Assembly: GCA_017654855.1 (NCBI GenBank)
Contig: CM030335.1
Coordinates: 3,534,001 to 3,598,000, forward strand
Reading direction: 5' to 3'
Length of the DNA: 64,000 bases
DNA from: Podospora anserina
Lineage: Eukaryota
Both the position numbers and the translations under genes were made by a program. How positions within the stretch are numbered: the first letter of the stretch is position 1; each line of letters opens with the position of its first letter. This document shows, piece after piece, positions 1 to 10,979 of the stretch. The notes below the pieces were generated by a model. The model did not search any database. It was not told the DNA's origin and saw only the letters and a program-made list of their open reading frames with translations.

Positions 1-19
1 GGGTGGGGAGGCTGACCAT
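1..19 (-). CDS. Probable 5' end of a gene running off the left edge (MVSLPT...)
   Basis: Minus-strand ATG at 19 in a good fungal context (CAAAAATG), downstream of a (CA)n/CT-rich leader. Only 6 codons visible. Confidence 0.4.
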
Positions 20-26
20 TTTTGCG

Positions 27-64
27 GTGTGTGTGTGTGTGTGTGTGTGTGTGTCTGTGTGTGT
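27..64. repeat. (GT)n microsatellite
   Basis: Direct reading: gtgtgtgt run with one interruption. Confidence 0.95.
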
Positions 65-920
65 ATGCGTTTGTGTGGATGAGGCGATGAGAAAGAAAGA
101 GGAGGGGAAAACGAGGGCGTCGTGAAGTTGACAACTGAGATTTTGAGGGCAAAAAGGGGTAAATACTACACTAGGCTGAAGACGCAAAAACGAACCGACG
201 ACATCATTGACGTCAATCCCGGGAGGAGCCTGACACGTTGTTTACGCTGTCGGTCTCGGCTGTTTACCACGCAATGTCTTGGGAGTCAGTCACGGCTTCA
301 ATGTTTGTGGAAGTGTCTTGGCAGTGTTTCGGTGAAAAGTGATGTGCAATGGCGCTCATTATTACTGGTCTGGACCTCCGATGGGGAAGACATGTCTACT
401 CTCGCCAAATCAAAAGTCATGAAGACGGGAGCAGCTCCCCTCTCCAAGCTGCCTACCTACCTTGCCTGCCGTGCTCCAGAGTCGGGAAAACTTAGCTCGA
501 TCCGGCGCCTGCCATGCTTCTGTCCAACATAACCTAGCGTCCGGCCCGAGTCGTACAGGATGGAAACAGCTTGCCAGTAGGCCCAACCTTAACTCCAGGC
601 CGGCCTTCATTGCCTTTCGCATCGCCAGTCTATCATCCCACGATACCTTTCTGTCACGTTGGCCTCCGGGCCATTCTCCTCTGTTCAGACTATTATATCG
701 TCTTTCAATTGATAACCTAGAATATCGTCCGTCAAAACACTCGATCCCAGAATCCAAGTTACAAATGTCCAAAGAATCCTCCCAATCCTCCCTTCCAACA
801 GCACCCAGCTGGGCAAGCAAGTATCCAGCTCGCCAGTTCGAACAAAACCTATGCCTACAAAGAGAAATTCTAATAACGCCTCATGATCCGACATTAACTG
901 TCTATATCCAACGTGGCATG

Positions 921-2751
921 CTATACCTGCGGCCCGTAAGAGTTTACCCTTCTGATCTGTATTGAGGCTTCGTCCTTCTTCTCTGCAAGGACATCAAACA
1001 GACCATTGTCTGGCACAATTGCAGTCTGCTGTGCTAGCCTCGCTTCCTGGAAGAACTTGGCTCTGTCGGCACGATCTCGCGCATCTGACTCGGCCCAAAG
1101 ACGGAGTGCTTCCTCTTTTCTCTTCTCGCTTCTGGGCTCAAATGACATCTGGAAAGGATCTGGCTTGATGATGAGCAGCGAGTTGGACTTGTCAAGCGGT
1201 ACGGGATGGTTCATCCCAGTCGCTGGGTCATGCTTGGGCTTGAGGTTGAAGGTCCATGCCAAGGCACCGCAAGCAACGATCAACTCGTCTTGGGTGAGTG
1301 ACATGCCGAGACATTGGCGCTGGCCCCATCCGAACGATGTCATGCCCTTGATGGTTGGGAACTGTGTCAGGGGCGCTTGGAAGGTTGGCCAGCCAGGCTC
1401 CAACCAGCGTTCGGGCCGGAAGTTGTCAGGGTCAGGATACTTCTTGGGGTTGCGGAGGAATGCCCTGAAGAGTCATTAGCTTGTGCCCACAGTTTTCAAG
1501 CGCCGAGTCAATGGCTTACCAGTCCAGGGGCAAGAGGCGGGTGCCCTTGGGAATGAAGTAGCCGTTATAAACATCGTCCGCCTCCGTCTCGTGGGCGACA
1601 CCTGTCGGGACATTGGGCTTCCACCGCATGGTCTCCTTGATGCAAGCTCTCAAGATGGGTAGGTTAGGCGCATCCTCCAACGTAGGCATGCGCCCCTCGC
1701 ACTTTTCGTCAATCTCTTTCTGCACGGCGGCTTGCCATTCCGGATAGTGAACCATGGTAACCAGCCAGTACGAAAGCGGTCCGGCGACGGTGAAGATGCC
1801 GACCAGCGCGAGCATTCCAATGACGCAAGAGGCTTCATAATCACCAGAGATGTTGGTTTTCAACGAGGTCTTCTCAATGTATTGTCGTGTCCAGCAATTG
1901 CGGACCCGACCACCCTGTGCCATCTTGTCACGGGTTGTGAGGTATCGCTCCTGCCACCATGCCGACTGCTCATCATGACGCTTGCGCTCCGCCTTCTTCC
2001 ATGGGTTCATGAACATGGGCAGATGCCACAGCGGGGTGAGGACATTGGTGATAGGGCCAGCGGGGGACATCTGTCGGAGTAAACCCCAAGCACTCTTGGT
2101 GCAGTAAGTGCTCAGAGAGGGATCATCCCAGGTGAGCTGGCACATGACTTTGGCAGCCATATCCTCGAGCGAAGCTTGGAAATTGTCTGGGTTCTGGATC
2201 AAGTTGGCCATCCAGCGCTTCGCCTCGTGATACATCACACCGTTGTACTTGACGTTGGTGGCCTCGGTGATGTAGGCATGGGTGAGCTTTCTTTGGCGAG
2301 CCCAGTATTCTGCACGACCGTGTTAATCAGAGCAGGCTCGACGTGATAGAGCGAGGCAATGCTTACTGTTCCTGCCCATCAAGGGAAGGTATTCCATGGA
2401 GCCCTCGGAGCTCTTCGAGTCAAACAGCGACTGAATGTTTGGCCGATCCGAATTGTACTTGGCCCGCTTGACCAGCAAGTCCTCGGCAACCGTTTCGTCG
2501 GTAATGACCAGGACGTTGACGCCGAGCATCTGAGTTCGGTAGAAGCCGCCAGCTCCGTGCTTGTCCGCCCACTCTTTGAACTTGAGCCACATGAAGTTTA
2601 TAGGCAAGTCATGGATTCTGCCAATATAAGGAAGCTGTGTTGGGCCGGGCGGTCCGTTGGGATCGTTAATCTTTTGAAATTCTTTGATAAGATGTACCAC
2701 TGTTGCCACCAAAAGGACAAGGGCCAGGAGGCCCGCGGTAACGAGCTGCAT
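921..2751 (-). CDS. Cytochrome P450, 3 exons (introns about 2310-2366 and 1465-1519)
   Basis: N-terminal TM anchor plus PPGP hinge, K-helix KETMR (ExxR), FRPERW and heme motif FGWGQRQCLG. GT..AG introns with branch sites join the three ORFs in frame. Confidence 0.95.
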
Positions 2752-4412
2752 GGTACGGTACGTCACGAGTAGCAGTGTTGAGTCGCGAAGTTGGTATGTT
2801 GTGTAAACGAATGACGAAAAAACGGTAAGCGGTGCAAACTAAGGCTTTGAAGAACGAGATGGAACGACTTGTGGGAGAGCCGATGGGAAGACCAGAGCCC
2901 TCTATGTAAGCTGGCGAAAGGACTTTGATTGTTTTGAAGTGTGCACAGCCATACAATAGACAGAAGCTCACCTCTGAGATGGCACTGACCACGAGCAGCA
3001 GTCTGTCGCTTGTGCCCTGACTAGCGTGTCGAGATGCGCATACACTTGCGCACAATCAACGTATCCGTGGGTAGCACTACCCAGTGGTCGGAACTATGGT
3101 GTGGCGGTTGCTGCTTTTGCCGGTGTCCTTGCGGAAGAACCACGGGGAACTGAAACCCGCGCATCTCGATACTTTCTCGGGAGAAGTTTGACTACTGTTG
3201 ATCAAGGCGGCTAAGAGCGGAGGTCTCTCCAGGCGTTGTTCTGCTGTGTGTAGCAGTTCTATCGTCTAAGGGCTCTCTTGATGTGTGGAACAGCTCTCCA
3301 ATTCACTCGGTGGGCTACCTATCACACAAGCATGTTGTTGCCTAGGTACCGCTGTCATAGGCCGTCTGCTGTGATGTTTGGTATCCACCGAGTGCCCTGT
3401 GTCCGGAGACGATGTCTGTTTTCCAGTGTGTCTATTTTTGCCGCTGCAAGCAGGGACTTTTCTCGCCACAGAACATAAACAAAGTGATGCTATTGCACGC
3501 AGCATGGTGGTGCGTGACACCACCGAGGACATGATGATGGGAGCATCAGGGCACGTCTCCTAGCTCTCCTGCATACAGGAGAACCCTGATCGCCCTTGGG
3601 GCGTTTTCTGACGTTCCTCGCTGACAGGTCATGCACTTTGATGTATGCTGCATGTTGCCAAACAGGACTGAAATGGCAATCGGTCGCTTGGCAACACCTT
3701 CTTGGTTGGCCTCGCAATGTGCGAGTCGACTCTTGGGACTTTGACACCTCCAGGTTGCGCGAAATAGCAGTGATGAGGGCCGAGGCAGCTAGAGAGGGTT
3801 GGGCTGGTCCGCCGAATGTTGGGAAACCTAGCCGCGCGCTGGCGCAGTGAATTTGGAATTCCAGCAATGAGCCTCGAACTGGTGCATGTGCTATCACACC
3901 CGATTCCATTTGGTAGGTGTAATCGTCCGATACCCGCCACCACCCTTCCGCCACCGATCTAACTCTTGCCATCTAATCATAACCCAGACTGGACGGTCGA
4001 TTAGCTTTGACCGTGCTCATTAATCCCATGCCCAAGTTGCGCCGGCCATAGCAACCGCGTGAGGCAGCTCCATCCGAACTGTACGGCCCTGAAAAGGACA
4101 AGTCGATCCGTTACTCATCGAGAGTTTTCTAGGCCCACCTAGGAGCTCAGCCAGCCGTTTATCCATACACCAAGTTTCAAAGATCAGAATTTGCCGGTCA
4201 TGTTGGCTCTTTTCGTTGGGGGCGCTCCTGACAATTAGTCTGCTCGGTCGCTAAAAGCGTGTAATCAGACGACGAGAAATCACAACTGTGACAACAGATG
4301 TAAATACTGCCATCATGCCCGTCACTGGGAGAAAGCCGTCTTGGTCTGCAGTCAATCGAACTGTTGGCTTGCTGAGAATTGCAACACTGGTTTCAGCTGC
4401 TAAGCTTCCATC

Positions 4413-6008
4413 ATGCCTTTCATCGACGACGGCGAGTCCAGGCCCGTGGGCTCGTATCCGAACAGCGGCATCGATGTTCTGATCGTCGGCACCGGCCTTG
4501 CGGGCCTCACGGCGGCTATCGAGTGTGTGAGAAAGGGACACAATGTCCGGGTTCTGGAGAGAAATGACGACATCAACACTGCCGGTACGCTCCCTTGTAT
4601 TCCCTCCCAACACTGGACCATTCTGCTGACATTTGTATTCCAGGCGACATGTACTTTATGGGCCTGTCAGCGACCAAGTTCTTCAGGCACTGGCCTGAGA
4701 TGGCCAAGGAGTTTGACGAGATCTCTCTGCATAACTGCTGGATCGAGACTTTCAAGCACGATGGCGACCAGATGATCACACCTCTCAAAGTGTCCGACCG
4801 TCTTCGGGATGCAGGTCTGGATCCTGACACACCTCCTGGGACGTTTCAAATGCGCCCCCTTGTGTACAAGATGTACGTCCGCCAGGTCGAGAAGCTAGGC
4901 GTCAAAATTCAGTTTGGAAAGCGAGTGGTAGAGTACTGGGAGGACGAGTCTCGAGGCAAGGCTGGCGTGGTTACCGACAAGGGCGAGAGATATGAAGCCG
5001 ATGTCGTGATTGCTGCAGATGGTGTTGGGTCGAAGAGCCAGAAGCTCGTGGGAGGCCAAGTGCGAGCCATGAAATCAGGCAGGGCCATGTGGCGAGCTGC
5101 ATTCCCGATACACCATGTCGATAAGAATCCTGAGGTGAAGGAGTTCTTCAAAATGATCAAGGGAGAATCTGGGGAGGAGCCGATTGTGCGAACCTGGCTT
5201 GGGTAAGTGTCACTCGATGTTCTGTGCCACAGGCAAAAAATGCTCACCTGTACCAAGCCCAGGAACATATGCCATGACCCTCACGCGTCCGGACACCATG
5301 ATTTGGGTCATGAACCACGATGTTACTGGCTCCGAGAAGGAATCGTGGAACCACACCATCGACGCCCAGGAGGTACTGGACAACATGGACAAGGGCGTCG
5401 GGCCAAAGCCATGGGCACCAATGTTCAAGGAGCTGATTAAACTGACACCTCCCAACACCATCGTTAATTTCGAGCTGTTTTGGAGAAATCCGCAACCCAA
5501 GTGGGCATCTCCCGGGGCTCGTGTCATCAACATTGGTGATGCAGCCCATTCCTTTCTCCCCGCGTCTGGAAACGGCGCTACTCAGGCCATTGAAGATGCT
5601 ATCTCGCTGGCCTCCTGCCTTCAGATCGGCGGCAAAGAAAACATCCCGCAGTCTGTCAGAGCTCACGTCCGCATGCGCTTCATCCGGAATGCATGTGCGC
5701 AAAAGTTGGGTTTCAGCAACGCCGAGCTGCTGCAGGATACCGACTGGACCAAGGTCAAGCTGGACCCGCGCGTGGCCCAACCCAAGCTCCCCAGCTGGGT
5801 CTGGGGACACGATCCCGAGAAGTATGCCTACGAGGTGTACGATCGCGTGGTCGAGAGCATGAGGCGTGGTGTTCCGTTCGACGAGGATGACAGCATCCCA
5901 CCAAACTACCCGGCCGGGTACAAGTACGAGCCGTGGAGCATCGAAGACATCATGGAGGACATGAAGAACGGCAAGTCGATCGAGCTTGGGTCGGGCAACT
6001 GGGACTAG
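4413..6008 (+). CDS. FAD-dependent monooxygenase (flavoprotein aromatic hydroxylase-like), 3 exons (introns 4585-4643, 5203-5257)
   Basis: GTGLAG Rossmann motif, DVVIAADG (DG motif) and IGDAAH..P.SGNGATQAIED (GD motif). Introns restore the frame. Confidence 0.95.
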
Positions 6009-6290
6009 GAGATGGATAGATATTCGTGTTCTTTTCCGGAGTGCGTCGCATGTTTGCTTGGTTTGAAGATTGGGCACCTATTTTTCCTGTGTTTAGATTC
6101 TGTACAATGCCATGAGCGAATGCCGTGATAATGCTACTCGAGTATCTAACCTGCGCATTGATACCATTGACACGGCCATTCCAGGTGTGATCACCAATCG
6201 GTAGAGAAAAAAAAGACAAAGGTATGATGTGCTTGGACAGCAGAATGGAATGGAGTTGAAATTTAGCAGCGCAAGAGCGCACCTTCCTCC

Positions 6291-6839
6291 TCAACGCTCC
6301 AGCCTAAACTGCGGCACCAGATAGGGCCTCTCCACGCCTTCCCACAGTCCAAACTGGCAAGTGCCACTGGCCGAGCACATTCCCCCGATATTTCTCTCTC
6401 CATCAAAATTGAACTTTTGTGTCGCCACATGAACCCCCGAGGTCCAGTCATGTCGCAGGTGCAGCATAAAGTTATTCAACAACGACGCCCCCTCTCCGCT
6501 CGCCGTCGGCTTGAGCAACTGGAAGCTCCATTCCCCCACTCTCTTTGACTTCGGCTTGATCAAACAGTCCGTGTTCTTCCTCGTCCAGGCAATGTCCTCC
6601 CCTTCGCCAAATGTCCACCGAGTGCCGCACTGGACAGTGGTGTTGTTGAACTCGACATCGGTGAAGCTGACATTGAAGAAGGAATAGATCGAGCTCCCTG
6701 GTCGACCTGAGGGAGCGAATGTCGACAGGCTGTCTATTACCAGAGGCTTGAGAGGAGGCTTCACCGGTCGATCCAGTTTCTGGGCCGAGGGAATGCCTGC
6801 AGCAACAGTGACAAGTGAGAGCAATACCTGGAATTTCAT
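6291..6839 (-). CDS. Small secreted protein (about 182 aa), possibly Alt a 1/AA1-like fold
   Basis: Signal peptide MKFQVLLSLVTVAAG from ATG 6839, four Cys and a TFAPSGRPG motif. Fold assignment is recalled resemblance only. Confidence 0.7.
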   Translation of the reverse strand: MKFQVLLSLVTVAAGIPSAQKLDRPVKPPLKPLVIDSLSTFAPSGRPGSSIYSFFNVSFTDVEFNNTTVQCGTRWTFGEGEDIAWTRKNTDCLIKPKSKRVGEWSFQLLKPTASGEGASLLNNFMLHLRHDWTSGVHVATQKFNFDGERNIGGMCSASGTCQFGLWEGVERPYLVPQFRLER

Positions 6840-7214
6840 ACTGCTGTTTGTCTCGGTAAGGGATTCAGTTTGGGCCTTTGGGGAACAAGATGCTAACAGC
6901 TTTGGTGCTGGATAGCCGATAGAATTTATATTCAGCCCACCGTCTCTGGAATGCATTGTCTCAATTCGATGCCACGCACCTATTCTATTTCTAGTTCTTC
7001 GTCTACCACCCACCTAACAGCGGTTAAACTTTCTAATGATTACTTTTCGCTTATTCCATCCTGTCCCAAGATTCCGTGCCGGAGACACCGAATCTGGAAC
7101 TGCTGGAGCTCGACTTCATAATTTATGCATCTCGCATAGGTTGTGCCGACTGCATAGGTATACTTATGCAGTGAGCCCCTTATGTTTGTGCCACATCCAG
7201 CTACCACCTCCACC

Positions 7215-8159
7215 TCAATCAACATCCTCGTCCTCATCATGGAAGAACCTCAATATCGCCCCCGCTGCCACCTCTCCATCGTGCTCTAAATCCGCCGTAT
7301 CCCCCGCCTGGTCCGCCGCCTCCTGATCATCAATACTTCCCGCCTCAACCCTCATCTCAATCTGCCTTTTGACCATCTCCTCATCAAACGCCAAGTGCGC
7401 CTGGGTAGTAAACATCTTTCCCTTGATGTACACCCCTTGTACCTCGGTATGGTCCGACTTGCCCCAGACATGCACCCTCGTCCCCTTAGGTAGCAGCCCC
7501 TGCGCGGACTCTACCGTGGGGGGAGCAACAACATGATCCTGATGCATCTGGTGCAAGTGCACATGGTCGTCATCCGTCCGGAAGAGCTTCTGGCCAATGG
7601 GCGTCAGCTCAATCTTGGAATGACCCAGCTCCCAGTCGCCTTTTGGCGAGGGCCGCACTTCGGCACCGAGAAGGCGGCAGAGGAGCTGATGACCAAAGCA
7701 GACGCCCGAGAAATGCATTTTGGGATGGCTTTGCCATAGCTCTGTTTTATATCATCAGCATCCATTCAATGGTTGGGGGACAACGCTTCAAGACCCACCT
7801 CTCAACAACTTCAACAGGTCCAGAATCCACGGATCATCACCATGCGCATCATACACGCTCCCCGTGATCAGCAGCGCGTCGCAACCCTCAAAATCCTCGT
7901 ACTTGGGCATCGTTCCCCCCTTTTCCGGAATCACAAACCACCTGTCCGTCTCAATCCCCAACGGAGGGTCATGCGCCTTGCCGGCATTGGTGAAGTGGTT
8001 GTGCAGAATCTCGCCAAAGGTCGTCTTTCCAGGTATCTTTTTGGTCTCCTTATGGGGTTCGTCGGTCTCGAGGACCATCATCCTGACAATGGGGGCATCC
8101 TGACCCTTTGGGTGGGCCGTCACTTCGTCCCGGTGTTCTGGTTCGCTGTGGGGTGCCAT
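7215..8159 (-). CDS. Class I glutamine amidotransferase-like protein, 2 exons (intron about 7742-7798)
   Basis: LLITGS..DA, nucleophile elbow GVCFGHQ, HQMHQDHV and TTQAH motifs. Spliced junction reads LLR|ELWQSHP. Confidence 0.92.
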
Positions 8160-8930
8160 GTTATGTTTTTGAATAATGGTGTGGTAAGATCGGTGATTTG
8201 GTGTCCCTTATGACAGGCTAAAACTGTTTTTTTAGTCAAGATTAATTCAGAATTGCTAAATGTCCAGGCTTCATCGTGGCTTTTTGACCCTCTTCCAAGA
8301 GCTGATGTGCCCTGTTTTGGAACAATGAACAAACATCTCCACAATGACGGCATTCACTTGGCGTACGGTTTTTGGACCCTTGACAGCGGCAAAATCTCCA
8401 AAAAAAAAAAAAAAGGAACTTGCTTCGGCTAACTATTCGATCCTAACCGTCGGAATGCAGATGACCCAATCGTAGGGAGCTAACGAGTCGAACTGCAATA
8501 GTGTGTGTGGAGGAAGGTGCGACCCCACCTGACTCAGCCTTCCGATCTCTGCCCTGGTGAGAGTGGGCAAGGACTTCGGCCTACGACCTCACCTTTGATA
8601 CTACTTACGCGTGATGATGGCTTCAGTGGTGGGACTGAGTGCCTGAGAGCTCGGGACTCGGCCTTCGGCCTTGTTGTGGATATTCTGGTGCTCTTTGGAT
8701 CTTGGGAGTATATATTGGTTTGATTTTCTACGCTCTTTTTCACTTGATATTTCCTTTGTCTGGTAGATGAATGTACTTCTTCACCTTGGCTCATTTCTGC
8801 CTGCACAGTGTGACATCAGCCAGCGCCGTGTTAACCGCGCCAAGAAGAGACTTCTCTACGGATTCCACACGGTCAGTCAAAGATGACTAAAACACCAAGA
8901 AAACACCAAGACTATCATCAACTCCAGATC

Positions 8931-10979
8931 TCAGGCCACACGTTTCCAAGCAAATGCGCTCTCATCCCCATCCTCATAAACCCCGTTCCGATCAAACACC
9001 CAAACAAATTCCTCAAACGGCCTGCCTGACCCTCTTCGGCCCCTAAACACCAGCTCGAAATCTCGAATATTCAACCTGTTGTTTCCGCCTACACCAAGAG
9101 GTACCAAGTCTCTCATCGGCATGGCAAACGTCATGGTCACCTCTGAAGAGACCGCGCAGCAATCATGTCTGGCTCTCAGTGGGTATTCAAACCCTTTTCC
9201 ATACAGTTGAAATCTCAAAGACCCTCCAGCATGCCCCTGAATCTCAGCAAACACACCCGGGACCAATCGGAATCTCCCCACACAGCCCGCAAAGTCTTCC
9301 GCACATGCAAGTTGGGAATACTCCCGTTCAAGCCTTGTCTCGTAGAGAGCCAAATCCCGTATGTAACTGCCTTTAATGTGTCGGACCACAGTGTCAAGGT
9401 TTGCGCACAAGGTTTGAAGTGCGCGAGGCTCGGTCGCTTTCCGTGCCAAAGCATCAGCCAGAAACATGCAGGCGATGTTGGCTGCGTCAAGGTAAAAGCC
9501 ACGGGTGTTGCAAAGAACCACGACTGCTTGTTTGAGCGATGGAACTGACGGCAAGGAGAGGTTAGAATTTCGAATTCACCCGAGTGAGGTGGACAAGTGC
9601 CAGCACATACTGAGAAAGCAGGACGAAGTGGCGCCCACCATATTCCCGCCGTGATAGAGCGCCAGCTTCTTGCCAACACCAACGCCTCCACCAATCGAAA
9701 GTTGTTGGAAAAAGTACCACAAGCGATTGGCTGTGAGAGCTCCATCACTGTGGCTGCTCCTAATGGCGCTCTGAAGACGACGCGCATTGTCGCCATCCGA
9801 GCCAGGCCAACGATGTTTCAAGTCGCAAGGGTTCCAAGATATGTTGGTGGTGTTCCTGTGTTCCAGTCAGAGCCTGATATCCAACATTTACTTGGAAAAT
9901 ATTGCCACTAACCAGCCGCCGGCATAGATGGAGTTTTCCGATTGCGTATGTGAAAGGATATGGCGCCACCAAGTGATCATGCCACGCTCGACCTCAGAGA
10001 TCTTGTGGCCGAGGTCGTACCTTTGTCCCTGGAGGCTGCCGAAGACTTCAAGAAGATAGCCGAAAAACTTCAGCAAGTCCTTCGTTGAAGACATCATGCC
10101 GGCCGCCGCCCCCAGCGGAGATGGTTTAGAGCCGCGGTTGACACAGGAAACCTGGGAGGGTTCAATCAAAAGGGGTTCTGCCTTGGGACCTGTCATGCAT
10201 TTCCTCTGCCAAAGTTGATGACCTCCCGCCATCAAACCATCTACTCTCACGCTGTGAGATGCAACATAGCTGTTCCTGTCCTGGAGATGGTCCTGCGGAA
10301 CGTCGGTAAAGGTGCTGGTCAAATGCAATGGCTGCAGAATCCTCTCTGTGACAAACTCTCCCCACGGCATCCTCGCGGTCCTTTCTACAACCTCAGCAAG
10401 CAAGGCAAAGCATTCGTTGGAGTAGTTCCTAGAATTATCGAATGTCTTCTCTGTATACTGGCTGCTTCGGGGCATGTGACGGAGGAGCGACAGGACTGGA
10501 TCAATGGTCGTCCATGGAATGTGGCCCTTGGGACTTTCCCAGAGGTTGGTGTACCTCAGGAACTCGGACCGGTGCGCCAAAAGATGGCCGATTGTCAGCT
10601 CAGGCTCCATCTGGTCCGACACCAGTGCGGTTCGTCCCTCAAGTTCTGGAAGGATATCCTTCACAGGTGTTTCAAAACAGATGCCATGTCTTCCGTCAGC
10701 GACAAGAATTGATATTGCAAGGCCCATAAAAGGCTTGGTCATGGATGATATGAGATATCTTGAATTCTTAGTAGGGGGCTGGTCGTCGTCAAGGGCACGG
10801 GTGCCAATATCATGGAAGGTGTAGTTCCCATCTTCCAAGAGGCCGATTGATGCACCGACGTTGCCGCTTTCCTGAAATATGGTTTCCAGAACCGTTGATG
10901 TAGATCGCAACAGGTACTCGGCTATGCTTCTCTTGCTGCATTCTTGTGAAGCTCGAGGAGCCACAGATGATTTGGGCAT
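8931..10979 (-). CDS. Serine beta-lactamase/penicillin-binding-protein family hydrolase, 3 exons (introns 9856-9912, 9545-9610)
   Basis: SxxK (ISSMTK), LLAHRS, YxN (YSNE), AAAGMMSS and HGGN motifs. Two canonical introns join three ORFs in frame. Confidence 0.88.

Noticed and set aside
122..965. Overlapping 136-167 aa ORFs at the left end
   Set aside because: No recognisable motifs or codon bias. This is likely the P450 3' region and the promoter of the off-window gene.
5244..6077. Long antisense ORFs over coding genes (this one and similar ones over the dynamin, cdc4 and GMC genes)
   Set aside because: Expected shadow ORFs from C/G-ending codon bias.
8931..10979. Beta-lactamase split over three ORFs, looking like a pseudogene
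   Set aside because: Two canonical introns join the ORFs in frame.
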